From an uncultured Burkholderiales bacterium (GTDB lineage Bacteria > Pseudomonadota > Gammaproteobacteria > Burkholderiales > Burkholderiaceae_C): DNA of 64,000 nt. Of the stretch, positions 31,184-42,059 are shown in pieces; positions within the stretch are counted from its first letter, which is position 1, and each line of letters begins with the position of its first letter. The translations under genes were made by a program, and so were the position numbers. The notes under the pieces were generated by a model that was given only the letters and a program-made list of their open reading frames with translations, was not told the origin of the DNA and searched no databases. The stretch lies in the NCBI GenBank assembly GCA_943908475.1, contig CALTTG010000016.1:6582-70581 (forward strand). The letters run 5' to 3'.

Positions 31184-32388
31184 CCCTGATCTCCTCACGC
31201 CTGCCCCGAACCCTGGGGACCTTGTGCTGGGCGCTGGCCGTGGGTCCGGCGCTGGCGACCTCTGCCCCCACCCCGCCCAACGCAGACTGGCCCGGCCTGT
31301 ACCAAGGTCGAATCGGCTCGAAAGCCGTGGTGGTGGCGCTGTACCTCGACGAGTCGCAGCGGTTGGTGGGGCGCTATTTTTACGACCAACACGGGCGAGA
31401 CATCCCGCTGTGGGGCCCCGATCCACAGAGTGCCGCGAAATCGGGGCTGACCCTCAGCGAGTGCGAATCGGCCTACAGCAACCCAATGGAGCCCTGCGAT
31501 CCTGCGGTGGCGAATTGGCATTTGCCGCGTGCCGGACGGTCGGTGAGCGGTCAATGGGTGGCACAAGCTGGGCCGGGACGGGCCAACCGCCCGAACGCCG
31601 CCATTGAATTGCGCAGGTTGGGCCCCTACACACCCAGCGCCCACGCCTTCCAAGATCGCTACGAGCAACTCCGAATGCGAGGCACTCGAGAAGTGGTCCG
31701 ACCTGGCGGTCAGATGGGCCCGGTCAAATGGCACACCTTGGTGGACCCCCGCACGCAAGTCAGCGCGCCACAGCTCACCGCAGGCCCCGTGGCACCTGCC
31801 ATGGCCCGCATCAACCAGGCCTTGAAAAAACACTGGCGCCAGCGGGTGAGCGAGTTCCTCACGGCAGTGGACCACGCCGATGCTGTGCAGGTGGTCTTTG
31901 CCAACGAGCGCTGGCTCAGCACCACGCATCAGTACGGCTTCTACTACGCCGGGGCCGCACATCCCAGTGGCGGCTTTGCCACCACCACCTGGGACATGGC
32001 CACCGGCCGAGAGATTCAGCTGGCGCGCTGGTTCCGGATCGGCAGCCCTCAAAAGGGCCCCTTGGAGCTTCAACGCCAGGATGTCCTCGCAGCCCTGACC
32101 CTCAGAGCCTTTGCCGCTCAGCAGGCCCAACTCAGCCCCACAGAACGCGCCGACAGTTGCGCCAGCCAAGTGCTGGAGCGTTACGCCTGTGCCGCGGGTC
32201 GCTGCGCCGCCCCGGAACTGAGCGCCGGGCAGCAACCGAGCGACTGGCTGATGTGGCCCACCCCTGCCGGCCTGGCCGTCTCGCCAGACATCTACCCAGA
32301 ATCAAGCCGCAACTGCCGGGGTGAGCACGTGGTGATCCCCTGGACACAGGCTCGCGCGGCCTTGGTCAAGCCACAAGCCTTGCCCTGA
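31180..32388 (+). CDS. Secreted protein, RsiV/DUF3298-DUF4163-like
   Basis: Signal peptide MTLISSRLPRTLGTLCWALAVGPALATSAP. Segment VVFANERWLSTTHQYGFYYAGAAHPSGGFATTTWDMATGREIQLARWF resembles the DUF3298 core of RsiV-like proteins. Confidence 0.45.
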   Translation: MTLISSRLPRTLGTLCWALAVGPALATSAPTPPNADWPGLYQGRIGSKAVVVALYLDESQRLVGRYFYDQHGRDIPLWGPDPQSAAKSGLTLSECESAYSNPMEPCDPAVANWHLPRAGRSVSGQWVAQAGPGRANRPNAAIELRRLGPYTPSAHAFQDRYEQLRMRGTREVVRPGGQMGPVKWHTLVDPRTQVSAPQLTAGPVAPAMARINQALKKHWRQRVSEFLTAVDHADAVQVVFANERWLSTTHQYGFYYAGAAHPSGGFATTTWDMATGREIQLARWFRIGSPQKGPLELQRQDVLAALTLRAFAAQQAQLSPTERADSCASQVLERYACAAGRCAAPELSAGQQPSDWLMWPTPAGLAVSPDIYPESSRNCRGEHVVIPWTQARAALVKPQALP

Positions 32389-32414
32389 AGCGCCCATGAC
32401 GCTGGCAAGGTTGC

Positions 32415-33023
32415 GTGCAACCCTCTAGGATCTTCGCCATGACACGCTCACACCTTCCCTCGACACCGGCCGCATCGACCCCCTCTTCGGCGATGCCTGA
32501 CCTTGCGCGTCGGGGCCTGACCGCCGCGACAGCCCTCGTGGGGCTGGGAGGCGGGCTGTGGTGGTCCATGCGCTCGGCCGAAGCGGCCAGTGACCTGCCC
32601 AAGAACTTTTGGCAAGAACGGTTTGACAGCCTCTCGGGCCCGCCCGTGGCGCTGTCGGCATTCCAGGGCAAGCCTCTGCTGATCAATTTCTGGGCGACGT
32701 GGTGCCCCCCCTGCGTCAAGGAAATTCCAGACATCAACCAACTTCACGATGCGCAAAAAGCCCTGGGGTCCAAAGGGTGTCAAGTGCTCGGGCTGGCGGT
32801 CGATGGCCCCACGCCCGTGCGGGAGTTCCTGAAGAAAACGCCGGTTCGTTATCCACTCGGGCTGGCGGGCTTTGGGGGCAGCGAGCTCGCGCAAGCCTTG
32901 GGCAACACCGTGGGAGGCTTGCCGTTCACGGTGCTGATCGACGCCCAGGGCCGCGTGCGGCAACGTAAAATGGGGGCCACGACCTTGAAAGAAATGCAAG
33001 GTTGGATCAAGGCGCTGGGCTGA
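32415..33023 (+). CDS. TlpA-family periplasmic thiol:disulfide oxidoreductase (redoxin)
   Basis: Thioredoxin-fold active site [19 protein letters not shown]-terminal membrane anchor or signal. Alternative start MTRSHL at 32439. Confidence 0.8.
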   Translation: MQPSRIFAMTRSHLPSTPAASTPSSAMPDLARRGLTAATALVGLGGGLWWSMRSAEAASDLPKNFWQERFDSLSGPPVALSAFQGKPLLINFWATWCPPCVKEIPDINQLHDAQKALGSKGCQVLGLAVDGPTPVREFLKKTPVRYPLGLAGFGGSELAQALGNTVGGLPFTVLIDAQGRVRQRKMGATTLKEMQGWIKALG

Positions 33024-33171
33024 TCCAGATCAGGCACGCGCATTAAGAAGTGCTCGATTTCTGCACTCATTTGCGCTTAAACTCGGCGTTCTTTCATTTT
33101 CTTGGTCACCCGACCCGGCACCGCAGCGGCCTGAACCGCCCTGCGCCAGCCCCGGACCTGGCCAACGACGC

Positions 33172-33627
33172 ATGCAGATCCTCGTTCTTCATGGCCCCAA
33201 TCTGAACCTGCTCGGCACCCGTGAACCTCAGGTTTACGGCTCGACCACCCTGGAGCAGATCAACACGGCCCTCACGGCTCAGGCATCCCAACGCGGCGCC
33301 AGCTTGAGTGCCTTTCAGAGCAACCATGAAGGCGTGCTGATCGACCGTGTCCATGCGGCTCGGACCGACGGCACCCAATTCATCGTCATCAACCCCGGCG
33401 CCTTCACCCACACCAGCGTGGCCTTGCGCGACGCCTTGGCCGGGGTGGCGATTCCTTTCATAGAAGTGCACCTGTCCAACGTGCACCGACGTGAACCCTT
33501 CCGCCACCACTCCTATTTTTCCGATCTCGCCGAAGGCGTGATCGTGGGCCTCGGCACCAAGGGCTATCAGCTTGCCCTGGATGCCGCCCTGGACCGACTG
33601 GTCGCCAGCGGTCAGCCACAGGCCTGA
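33172..33627 (+). CDS. aroQ: 3-Dehydroquinate dehydratase, type II
   Basis: [23 protein letters not shown]...[17 protein letters not shown]...[18 protein letters not shown]. Confidence 0.92.
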   Translation: MQILVLHGPNLNLLGTREPQVYGSTTLEQINTALTAQASQRGASLSAFQSNHEGVLIDRVHAARTDGTQFIVINPGAFTHTSVALRDALAGVAIPFIEVHLSNVHRREPFRHHSYFSDLAEGVIVGLGTKGYQLALDAALDRLVASGQPQA

Positions 33628-33687
33628 CTCCCCCACATCCAAAGCAGTACTGCGGGGCACAACCCTGCTTCATCTGGAGATCCCACC

Positions 33688-34149
33688 ATGGACTTGCGCA
33701 AACTCAAAACCCTGATCGACCTCGTTTCGGAATCGAACGTCTCCGAACTCGAAATCACCGAGGCTGATGGCAAGGTGCGCATCGTCAAGGCCGGTGCCGC
33801 CCCCGTGGTCTACACCCAGACCGTGGCCGCGCCCGCCGCCCCCGTGGCTGCCGCACCCAGCCCCGCACCGGCCGTGGCGGCTGCGGCGCCAATTGTCGAA
33901 GAACCCGTTGACGCCGGTCATGCCGTGAAGTCGCCCATGGTGGGCACGTTCTACCGCGCGGCCAGCCCCGGCGCCAAGGCCTTTGCCGAAGTCGGTGACA
34001 CCGTCAAGGCCGGCCAGGCCGTCTGCATCATCGAAGCCATGAAGATCATGAACGAGATCGAAGCCGACAAAGACGGCGTGGTCACGAAGATCCTGATCGA
34101 AAACGGCCAACCCGTCGAGTACGGCCAGCCCCTGCTGATCATTGAATAA
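33688..34149 (+). CDS. accB: Acetyl-CoA carboxylase biotin carboxyl carrier protein
   Basis: Ala/Pro-rich linker and the biotinyl-lysine motif [15 protein letters not shown]. Confidence 0.92.
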   Translation: MDLRKLKTLIDLVSESNVSELEITEADGKVRIVKAGAAPVVYTQTVAAPAAPVAAAPSPAPAVAAAAPIVEEPVDAGHAVKSPMVGTFYRAASPGAKAFAEVGDTVKAGQAVCIIEAMKIMNEIEADKDGVVTKILIENGQPVEYGQPLLIIE

Positions 34150-34162
34150 GGCGCAGCACGCC

Positions 34163-35512
34163 ATGTTCAAAAAAATCCTGATCGCCAACCGCGGCGAAAT
34201 TACCCTGCGCATCCAGCGCGCCTGTCGCGAGATGGGCATCCAATCCGTGGTGGTCTACTCCGAAGCCGACCGCGAAGCCAAGTACGTCAAGCTGGCCGAC
34301 GAGGCCGTGTGCATCGGCCCTGCGGCCTCGGCGCAGAGCTACTTGCACATGCCGGCCATCATCTCGGCCGCCGAAGTGACCGATGCCGAAGCCATTCACC
34401 CTGGCTACGGCTTCTTGTCGGAAAACGCCGACTTCGCCGAACGCGTGCAGTCGTCGGGGTTCACGTTCATCGGCCCGACGCCCGAGAGCATCCGCATCAT
34501 GGGCGACAAGGTCTCGGCCAAGCAGGCCATGATCAAGTCCGGCGTGCCCTGTGTGCCCGGCTCGGAAGGCGCCCTGCCCGACGACCCCAAAGAGATCATC
34601 AAGATTGCCCGCTCGGTGGGCTATCCGGTCATCATCAAGGCCGCTGGCGGTGGCGGTGGACGCGGCATGCGTGTGGTGCACACCGAAGCGGCCCTGATCC
34701 ACGCCGTGCAGACGACCAAGGCGGAAGCCGGTGCCGCGTTCGGCAACCCCGAGGTGTACATGGAGAAGTTCCTCCAGCACCCGCGCCACATCGAGATCCA
34801 GGTCATGGCCGACACGCACCGCAACGCGGTGTGGCTGGGTGAGCGCGACTGCTCCATGCAACGCCGCCACCAGAAAATCATCGAAGAAGCCCCGGCACCC
34901 GGCATCCCTCGCCGCGTCATCGAAAAGATCGGTGACCGCTGCGCCGCCGCGTGCAAGAAGATCGGCTACCGCGGAGCGGGCACGTTCGAGTTCCTCTACG
35001 AAAACGGCGAGTTCTACTTCATCGAGATGAACACCCGTGTGCAGGTGGAACACCCGGTGACCGAACTGGTCAGCGGCATCGACATCGTGCAGATGCAGAT
35101 TCGCGTGGCCGCCGGTGAAAAGCTGCCCTTCACGCAACGCCAGATCGAAATGCGCGGGCACTCCATCGAGTGCCGCATCAACGCGGAAGATCCGGTCAAG
35201 TTCATCCCCTCGCCAGGCCGCATCACCATGTGGCACCCCCCGGGTGGCCCTGGCGTGCGGGTCGATTCGCACGTCTACACCAACTACTTCGTGCCGCCCA
35301 ACTACGACTCCATGATCGGCAAGATCATCGTGCACGGCGACACCCGCGATCAGGCCTTGGCCCGCATGCGCACGGCCCTGTCGGAAACGGTGGTGGAAGG
35401 CATTCAGACCAACATCCCCCTGCACCGCGAGCTGATGGTGGACGCCAAGTTCGTGCAAGGCGGCACCGACATTCACTACCTCGAAGGCTGGATGGCCGCG
35501 CGCAAGCGCTGA
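34163..35512 (+). CDS. accC: Acetyl-CoA carboxylase biotin carboxylase subunit
   Basis: Start at [16 protein letters not shown]-grasp motifs and [14 protein letters not shown]. Confidence 0.93.
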   Translation: MFKKILIANRGEITLRIQRACREMGIQSVVVYSEADREAKYVKLADEAVCIGPAASAQSYLHMPAIISAAEVTDAEAIHPGYGFLSENADFAERVQSSGFTFIGPTPESIRIMGDKVSAKQAMIKSGVPCVPGSEGALPDDPKEIIKIARSVGYPVIIKAAGGGGGRGMRVVHTEAALIHAVQTTKAEAGAAFGNPEVYMEKFLQHPRHIEIQVMADTHRNAVWLGERDCSMQRRHQKIIEEAPAPGIPRRVIEKIGDRCAAACKKIGYRGAGTFEFLYENGEFYFIEMNTRVQVEHPVTELVSGIDIVQMQIRVAAGEKLPFTQRQIEMRGHSIECRINAEDPVKFIPSPGRITMWHPPGGPGVRVDSHVYTNYFVPPNYDSMIGKIIVHGDTRDQALARMRTALSETVVEGIQTNIPLHRELMVDAKFVQGGTDIHYLEGWMAARKR

Positions 35513-35526
35513 CCGCCGGGCGACCC

Positions 35527-36462
35527 ATGCTGTTTGAACTCACTTTGCTGGCCAAAGAGGCCGAAGTCGAAATCCTGAGCGATGCGCTCATGGAGATCGA
35601 GGCCTTGTCGGTGTCGGTGGAAGACGCCGACGCCGACACCGAGCACGAAGAGGCCCTGTGGGGTGAGCCGGGCATGCCGGTCGCGCGTGAAGCTTGGCAA
35701 CGCTCGACCCTCAAGAGCTTGTTCCCCAGCGAAGCCGCAGCGCTGGAGGCCGCCACCCTGGTGCTGGCCCAAGACTGGGCCGAAGACATTCACGTGCAAG
35801 GCATCCAGCCTGTGGGTGAGCAGGATTGGGTTCGACTGACCCAGTCGCAATTCCAGCCCGTGCCCATCACCGACCAGTTCTGGATCGTGCCCACCTGGCA
35901 CGACGTCCCGGCAGGTGCGACCGTGGCCATGCGCCTGGATCCCGGCTTGGCCTTCGGCACCGGCACCCACCCCACCACCCGCATGTGCCTGAAGTGGCTG
36001 GCGCTGAATGCGCCGGCCTACCAGGGACAAACGGTGCTGGACTACGGCTGTGGCTCAGGCATTTTGGCCATTGGGGCCCTGATGCACGGCGCCGCGTCGG
36101 CCGATGCGGTCGACATCGACCCGGCTGCCGTGGAAGCCACCTTGGCCAACGCAGAGGCCAACGTGGCCCCGCTGAAAAATGCGCAAGGCGAACTGCCCCT
36201 GCAGGTCGGCCTGCCCGAACTGGTGGGTGAGGCCCAAGGCCGCTACCCCGTCGTCTTGGCCAACATCCTGGCCACGCCCTTGAAAATGCTGGCGCCGCTG
36301 CTGGCCGGTCACGTGGCGCCGGGTGGGCATCTGGTGCTGGCCGGCATTCTGGCGCGCCAGGAAGACGAACTCAAAGCCGCCTACGCCGGGGTGGGCCTGA
36401 CGCTGCAAGTGGCCAACCAAGAAGACGGCTGGATCCTGATGACGGCCCGTCGGGCCGACTGA
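35527..36462 (+). CDS. prmA: Ribosomal protein L11 methyltransferase
   Basis: Start at MLFELTLLAKEAE. SAM motif VLDYGCGSGILAIGAL. Conserved position after accBC. Confidence 0.85.
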   Translation: MLFELTLLAKEAEVEILSDALMEIEALSVSVEDADADTEHEEALWGEPGMPVAREAWQRSTLKSLFPSEAAALEAATLVLAQDWAEDIHVQGIQPVGEQDWVRLTQSQFQPVPITDQFWIVPTWHDVPAGATVAMRLDPGLAFGTGTHPTTRMCLKWLALNAPAYQGQTVLDYGCGSGILAIGALMHGAASADAVDIDPAAVEATLANAEANVAPLKNAQGELPLQVGLPELVGEAQGRYPVVLANILATPLKMLAPLLAGHVAPGGHLVLAGILARQEDELKAAYAGVGLTLQVANQEDGWILMTARRAD

Positions 36463-36521
36463 CCACACTCAGTTGCACCCGGCCAACGAAATGGCCGAAA
36501 TCGATGGCATAAACGCGTGTC

Positions 36522-37970
36522 ATGAGCCTGGCCACCCGATGCACCCACTGCGGCACGATCTTCAAGGTCGTGCAAGACCAACTCAAGGTCTCTGAGGGCT
36601 GGGTGCGCTGTGGCCGCTGCCATGAAGTGTTCAACGCCCTGGAGGGCCTCTTCGACCTGGAGCGCGAAGCCCCTCCGGCTCGGCCACCGGCCATGCCGCC
36701 CGCTGCCGCGTCCGTGGTCGAACCCACGACGCCTGTCGAGGCACCGGCACCTGCTGCCCCGGTGTGGTCCGAGCCCCCGATGGCCCCCGAACCGGCCCAC
36801 CCCGGTGTCACGCATTTCGACCTGGACCTGCCGCCAACGGCCAGCCAGCCTCAGCCCTTCGACGGCCGGGCGCTCACACCAAACAGTGACCGGGAGGCAA
36901 ACGCTGACCTCGCGTTGCCAGAAACCAGCGAAGCCGATGCCCTGGAATCTCGCTACCTGCTGCCCAAGGAAGACGCCCCCCTTCGCAAGAAGCGGCGCCG
37001 GCGTGGCCCTGAGTTCGCCGATGCCGAATTCCCAGACGACCTCTCTGACCCGTCGGAATGGGCCGATGCATGGCAAAGTGAGTTCGACGAGCGCACGGAC
37101 ACCGACGAGGCCCCGCTGGTGGCTAACCCAGAGCATCGACCGTCGTCGACCACGGCGGACGATGTGGCGAGCGGGCGCCGAACAACCGGTTCAGAGGTTG
37201 AGCACACCGAGCCATCGACCGCGCCCCTGGCCGCCCCCGCGTCGCCCACACCGGGCCTCATGACACCCGCGCCCCGGCCGGCCATGGCGGTCACGGCGCC
37301 CTCGCCCCTCGAAGACGATTTCCAGCCCGAGGTGGCCCTTCCGCCGCCGAGCCAGCGCAAAGGCAAGCCGGGCACCCGTGGGCGGCCGCCCCAGGCAGAC
37401 TCCCCGGAGTTCATTCGACAAGCCGAGCGCAAGGCCATCTGGCGTCACCCCGTCATGGTGGGCGTCTTGGCGGTGCTCAGCATGGTGCTCACGCTCAGCC
37501 TCGCGCTGCAAGCGGCTCATCACTGGCGCGATCAATTGGCGGCGCGCCAACCGGCGCTGGCCCCGGTGCTGGCTCAGTGGTGCGGTCTGGTGGGATGCCA
37601 GCTGCAACCTCCGATGCAACTGCAGCAGTTGCAAGTCGACAGCATCCAGCTGGTGCGAACGGCCTCTGAAGGCCCCGACAGCTACCGCCTGACGGCCATC
37701 GTGCACAACAGTGCCGACATCGGCCTGAAATGGCCGCTGCTCGACCTCACCTTGACCGACCCCAACGGGGCTGTGCTGGCACGCCGCCTCTTCAACGTTC
37801 AAGACGCTCGCTTGGTGCCGCCCGTCGAGAGCACCCCAAACACGCGTCCACGCGGCGACCAGCGTGTGCCCCACGCAGTGCCCCCCAGCAGCCAAACCAC
37901 CATCCAGTGGCAGCTGCGCGCGCCCGACCTCAAGCTCGCTGGCTACACTGCAGAGCTTTTCTACCCTTGA
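36522..37970 (+). CDS. Zinc-ribbon / DUF3426-type protein with a Pro/Ala-rich acidic linker and one TM segment
   Basis: N-terminal MJ0042-type zinc ribbon (CTHCGTIFKV...VRCGRCHEVFNA). Low-complexity middle, a TM helix and a C-terminal domain. Conserved neighbour of prmA in Burkholderiales. Confidence 0.6.
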   Translation: MSLATRCTHCGTIFKVVQDQLKVSEGWVRCGRCHEVFNALEGLFDLEREAPPARPPAMPPAAASVVEPTTPVEAPAPAAPVWSEPPMAPEPAHPGVTHFDLDLPPTASQPQPFDGRALTPNSDREANADLALPETSEADALESRYLLPKEDAPLRKKRRRRGPEFADAEFPDDLSDPSEWADAWQSEFDERTDTDEAPLVANPEHRPSSTTADDVASGRRTTGSEVEHTEPSTAPLAAPASPTPGLMTPAPRPAMAVTAPSPLEDDFQPEVALPPPSQRKGKPGTRGRPPQADSPEFIRQAERKAIWRHPVMVGVLAVLSMVLTLSLALQAAHHWRDQLAARQPALAPVLAQWCGLVGCQLQPPMQLQQLQVDSIQLVRTASEGPDSYRLTAIVHNSADIGLKWPLLDLTLTDPNGAVLARRLFNVQDARLVPPVESTPNTRPRGDQRVPHAVPPSSQTTIQWQLRAPDLKLAGYTAELFYP

Positions 37971-37992
37971 TTTCCCTGAAACGGACACCGCC

Positions 37993-38901
37993 ATGGCCAT
38001 CCTGATTTGCGGCTCGCTTGCCTTCGACACCATCACCCGTTTTGAAGGCCGCTTTGCCCAGCAAATCCTGCCTGAGCAGGTGCACATCCTGAACGTGTCC
38101 TTCCTGGTGCCTACCCTCAAGCGCGAGTTCGGGGGCTGTGCGGGCAACATCGCCTACAGCCTTCAACAATTGGGCGGCACCCCCCTGGTGATGGCCACGG
38201 TGGGCGCCGATGGGGCCGACTACCTGGCGCGCATGAACAGCTGGGGGGTGCCCCTGGACTTGGTCAAGACCGTCAGCGACAGCTACACCGCTCAGGCCAT
38301 CATCATCACCGACAGCGACAACAACCAGATCACCGCCTTCCACCCAGGTGCCATGGGCTCGGCCCACACCCAGGCCGTGCCAGCACGCGACGACATCCAA
38401 TTGGCCATCGTCGCCCCCGATGGCCGCGATGCCATGATCGAGCACGCCGCCCAACTGGCCGCGGCGAAGATTCCCTTCGTGTTCGATCCGGGTCAGGGCC
38501 TGCCCATGTTCGACGGTGCCGACCTGCTGAAGTTCATCAACCAGGCCACCTGGGTCGCCGTCAACGACTACGAAGGCAAGATGCTGGCAGACCGCACGGG
38601 CCTGAGCTTGGCCGAGATCTCCCAGCGCCCCAACATCCAGGGCCTGATCGAGACCCTGGGCGGCGACGGCTGCCATGTGTACATCCAGGGCCAGAAAACC
38701 CATGTGGCGGGCGTTCAGGCCACGGCCGTGGTCGACCCCACCGGCTGCGGCGATGCCTTCCGAGGCGGCCTGCTCCACGGCCTGTCGCTGGGCTGGGACC
38801 TGGTCCGCGCCGTGACCCTGGCCAACCAGATCGGCGCCACCAAGATCGCCGTGGCGGGGCCTCAGAACTACACCCTGGACCGCGCCCAACTGGGCCTTTG
38901 A
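37993..38901 (+). CDS. PfkB-family carbohydrate/nucleoside kinase (adenosine-kinase-like)
   Basis: Start at MAILICGSLAFD. Ribokinase-family motifs GGCAGNIAYSL and DPTGCGDAFRGGLLHG. Confidence 0.7.
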   Translation: MAILICGSLAFDTITRFEGRFAQQILPEQVHILNVSFLVPTLKREFGGCAGNIAYSLQQLGGTPLVMATVGADGADYLARMNSWGVPLDLVKTVSDSYTAQAIIITDSDNNQITAFHPGAMGSAHTQAVPARDDIQLAIVAPDGRDAMIEHAAQLAAAKIPFVFDPGQGLPMFDGADLLKFINQATWVAVNDYEGKMLADRTGLSLAEISQRPNIQGLIETLGGDGCHVYIQGQKTHVAGVQATAVVDPTGCGDAFRGGLLHGLSLGWDLVRAVTLANQIGATKIAVAGPQNYTLDRAQLGL

Positions 38902-39938
38902 TGCGCCGTTTGAAGGGCGGCAGGCCGAGCCTGCGAGAGAGATGGCTGCTCGGCATGGTCACTGCCCTGTCGATGGGCGTGAACCATGCCCAGGCCGCGC
39001 CACCCTCCGGCGAGCTCACCATGTTCACCTGGAACATGGAGTGGCTGATGACACCCGCCACACACGCCGAACTCTCATCGCGGTGCACGCGTCAGCAGCC
39101 CCGAAGCCACGAGCGCGCCCTGCCCTGCACACCGGGTCGCAAAACGCCCCCACGGCGCACGGCCGACGACCTGCAAGCGCTGGCCCAAGCGGCGCAGGCG
39201 TTGCGTCAACGGCATCGCGCCGACGTGGTGGCCCTGCAAGAGGTCGATGGGCCTGCAGCGGCCCGGTTGGTGTTTCAACAGGGCTGGCAGGTCGACTGCT
39301 TTGAATCTCGCGCGCACCCGCAAAAAGTGGGGTTTGCCATTCGAGACGGTGTGCCCTACCGGTGCCATGGCGAACTCAAGGCGCTGGACATCGACGGAGG
39401 CAGTCGGGCCGGCGCCGACATCACCTTGTGGCCGGGAACGCCCCGAGCAATTCGCCTGCTGAACGTTCACCTCAAAAGCGGCTGCTTCGACGGCAAACTC
39501 GACCGCAGTTTCGCGCCGTGCGGCAAGCTGCGCGAACAAGTGCCCGTGATCGAGCGGTGGATTGACGCACGCGTTCGAGAGGGGGCCGCTTTTGCCGTGC
39601 TGGGCGACTTCAACCGCCACCTCGACAAGGACGCCCGACAAGCCGCCGGTGACGACGAGTCAGCACCCTTGAGCGTGTTCCAGGCCTGGAGCGACAACAC
39701 CCCGGTGGGCGCCACCTTGACGCGGGCCACCGATGGCGAACGCCATGTGCCCTGTCATGCCCAGGACACCCACAGCCGCTACATCGACGATGTGCTGGTG
39801 AGCAGTCAACTCTTGAGCCAGGTCAGGGGCCTCAGATTTGTACGGCCCAACTGGCCTGAACTGTCCGGTGGCAAGACCGGCTGGCAGGGCCTGAAGCTGT
39901 CAGACCACTGCCCGGTGGGCATCACCTTGACGAGGTGA
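38898..39938 (+). CDS. Endonuclease/exonuclease/phosphatase (EEP) family protein, secreted
   Basis: Signal peptide. EEP motifs MFTWNMEW, VVALQEVDG, LGDFNRHLD, and C-terminal SDHCPV. Confidence 0.65.
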   Translation: MMRRLKGGRPSLRERWLLGMVTALSMGVNHAQAAPPSGELTMFTWNMEWLMTPATHAELSSRCTRQQPRSHERALPCTPGRKTPPRRTADDLQALAQAAQALRQRHRADVVALQEVDGPAAARLVFQQGWQVDCFESRAHPQKVGFAIRDGVPYRCHGELKALDIDGGSRAGADITLWPGTPRAIRLLNVHLKSGCFDGKLDRSFAPCGKLREQVPVIERWIDARVREGAAFAVLGDFNRHLDKDARQAAGDDESAPLSVFQAWSDNTPVGATLTRATDGERHVPCHAQDTHSRYIDDVLVSSQLLSQVRGLRFVRPNWPELSGGKTGWQGLKLSDHCPVGITLTR

Positions 39939-39953
39939 GAGCCCTGTCGCAGA

Positions 39954-40697
39954 TCAGGCCTTGCCTTGCGTGGCCACTGCGGCGGCTGCCTTGGCGGCCG
40001 CTTCGGCGTCACCCAGGTAGTAGTGGCGGATCGGCTTGAGGTTTTCGTCAAGCTCATACACCAACGGGATGCCGTTGGGGATGTTGAGGCCGACGATGTC
40101 TTCGTCGCTGATGTTGTCCAGGTACTTGATCAGGGCGCGGATGGAGTTGCCATGTGCCGCCACGACGATGCGCTTGCCGGCCTTGATGGCAGGCGCCATC
40201 GATTCGTTCCAGAACGGCAGCACGCGCGCCACGGTGTCCTTCAGGCATTCCGTCAGGGGCACTTGCTCGGCGTCCAGCTTGGCGTAACGCACATCCTGGC
40301 GCTGACCGCGGGGATCGTTCGCATCCAGGGCGGGGGGCGGCGTGTCGTAGCTGCGGCGCCAGACCAGCACCTGCGCATCGCCATACTGCTTGGCCATGTC
40401 GGCCTTGTTCAGCCCCTGCAGCGAGCCGTAGTGACGCTCGTTGAGGCGCCAGTTCTTGACCACCGGCAACCAGGTGCGGTCCATCTGCTCCAGGGTCAGC
40501 CACAGGGTGTGGATGGCACGCTTGAGCACCGAGGTGTAGCACACGTCGAACTCATAGCCTTCGGCCTTGAGCAAACGGCCGGCGTTGCGGGCCTGTTCTT
40601 CGCCCGTGGGCGTCAGTTCCACGTCGGTCCAGCCGGTGAAACGATTTTCGAGGTTCCAGGTCGATTCGCCGTGGCGGATCAGCACAAGCTTGTACAT
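39954..40697 (-). CDS. gpmA: 2,3-Bisphosphoglycerate-dependent phosphoglycerate mutase
   Basis: [29 protein letters not shown]... (RHGES catalytic motif). Confidence 0.92.
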   Translation of the reverse strand: MYKLVLIRHGESTWNLENRFTGWTDVELTPTGEEQARNAGRLLKAEGYEFDVCYTSVLKRAIHTLWLTLEQMDRTWLPVVKNWRLNERHYGSLQGLNKADMAKQYGDAQVLVWRRSYDTPPPALDANDPRGQRQDVRYAKLDAEQVPLTECLKDTVARVLPFWNESMAPAIKAGKRIVVAAHGNSIRALIKYLDNISDEDIVGLNIPNGIPLVYELDENLKPIRHYYLGDAEAAAKAAAAVATQGKA

Positions 40698-40794
40698 GGC
40701 AACAGGTCCGTGAGTGTGTGTATGCGGGAGCGCCTCAGCAGCGCCAGACCGGCGATTTTATAATCCCTGCTTTTGCATTCAGGATGCTTTTTCC

Positions 40795-41202
40795 ATGAGC
40801 TATTTGGCCGACAACTGGTACTGGATGGCCGCCGCAGCGGCTTCGGGCGGCGCGCTGCTGTGGCTGCAAGTCAAAGAAGGTGCTGGCGCGGGCCTCTCGC
40901 CTCAGCAGGCCGTCATGCTCATCAACCGCGAAAAAGCCGTGGTGATCGACGTGTCTGACGCGGCCGTGTTCGCGCAAGGCCACCTGGCTGGCGCCAAAAA
41001 CATCCCTGCCAACAGCCTGGGAGACGGCAAAGGCCTGCCCGGCAAGAAGCAGCAACCCATCCTGGTGGTGTCGCCCGATGGCAGCGCCGCTGTCAAAGCC
41101 GCCAACCAGATCAAGGCACAAGGCTACGAGAACGTCCAGGTGCTGGGCGGCGGCCTGAAGGCCTGGCGCACCGCCAACCTGCCCGTTCAAAAGAACGACT
41201 GA
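40795..41202 (+). CDS. Rhodanese-domain protein (single domain, membrane-anchored)
   Basis: Start at MSYLADNWYW. Rhodanese fold. Conserved neighbour of grxC/secB. Confidence 0.65.
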   Translation: MSYLADNWYWMAAAAASGGALLWLQVKEGAGAGLSPQQAVMLINREKAVVIDVSDAAVFAQGHLAGAKNIPANSLGDGKGLPGKKQQPILVVSPDGSAAVKAANQIKAQGYENVQVLGGGLKAWRTANLPVQKND

Positions 41203-41226
41203 GCACGCTCCACCCGAGGTTTCACC

Positions 41227-41484
41227 ATGCAACACGTCAAGATGTACACCACGGCCGTGTGCCCCTACTGCATCCGGGCCAAGAACCTGCTGACACAACG
41301 CGGCGTTCAGACCATCGAAGAAATCCGCATCGACCAAGACGCCGAGCAGCGCGTGCACATGATGAACATCACCGGACGCCGGACGGTGCCGCAAATTTTC
41401 ATCGGTGACACCCACGTGGGCGGCTGCGACGACCTGATGGCCCTGGACAGCGACGGCAAACTGCTGCCCCTGCTGCAAGGCTGA
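41227..41484 (+). CDS. grxC: Glutaredoxin 3
   Basis: Active site CPYC. 85 aa. Confidence 0.9.
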   Translation: MQHVKMYTTAVCPYCIRAKNLLTQRGVQTIEEIRIDQDAEQRVHMMNITGRRTVPQIFIGDTHVGGCDDLMALDSDGKLLPLLQG

Positions 41485-41538
41485 ACGACCGACGCCCCCC
41501 CTGCAAACCCTGGCGGCAGCCGCTCAAGAAGCGACATC

Positions 41539-41564
41539 GGGCTGGGCGATAATCCAGCCCGTTT
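41539..41564 (+). terminator. Hairpin GGGCTGG-N8-CCAGCCC followed by GTTT, between grxC and secB
   Basis: Seen directly. Weak T-tail, so possibly only an attenuating structure. Confidence 0.3.
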
Positions 41565-41589
41565 AGCCGTCATCACACAAGGAATTCCC

Positions 41590-42042
41590 ATGTCTGAACA
41601 AGACAACATCGCCCAGCCGTCGTTCAACATCCAGCGCATCTACCTGAAGGACCTGTCGGTCGAGCTGCCCAACGCGCCCCAGATCCTGCTGGAACAAGGC
41701 AACCCCAACGTCGACGTGCAACTGAACATTCACGCCGAAAACGTGGTGGACGGCATCTACGAAGTCACCGTGAGCGCCACGGTCACCACCAAGCTCAACG
41801 ACAAGGTGCTGTTCCTGGTGGAAGCCAAGCAAGCCGGCCTCTTCGAGATCCGCAACATCCCCGAAGACCAGCTGCAGCCCATCATCGCGATTGCCTGCCC
41901 GCAAATCGTCTACCCCTACCTGCGCTCGACCGTGGCCGACGTCATCAACCGCACCGGCTTCCCCGCAGTGCACCTGACCGAAGTCAACTTCCAGGCCATG
42001 TACCAGTCGCAACTGGACCAGCAAACCGCCGGCAACGCCTGA
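41590..42042 (+). CDS. secB: Protein-export chaperone SecB
   Basis: [14 protein letters not shown]...[17 protein letters not shown]...QIVYPYLR, typical SecB. Confidence 0.9.
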   Translation: MSEQDNIAQPSFNIQRIYLKDLSVELPNAPQILLEQGNPNVDVQLNIHAENVVDGIYEVTVSATVTTKLNDKVLFLVEAKQAGLFEIRNIPEDQLQPIIAIACPQIVYPYLRSTVADVINRTGFPAVHLTEVNFQAMYQSQLDQQTAGNA

Positions 42043-42059
42043 GGCGAAGGCTTCCCCGC

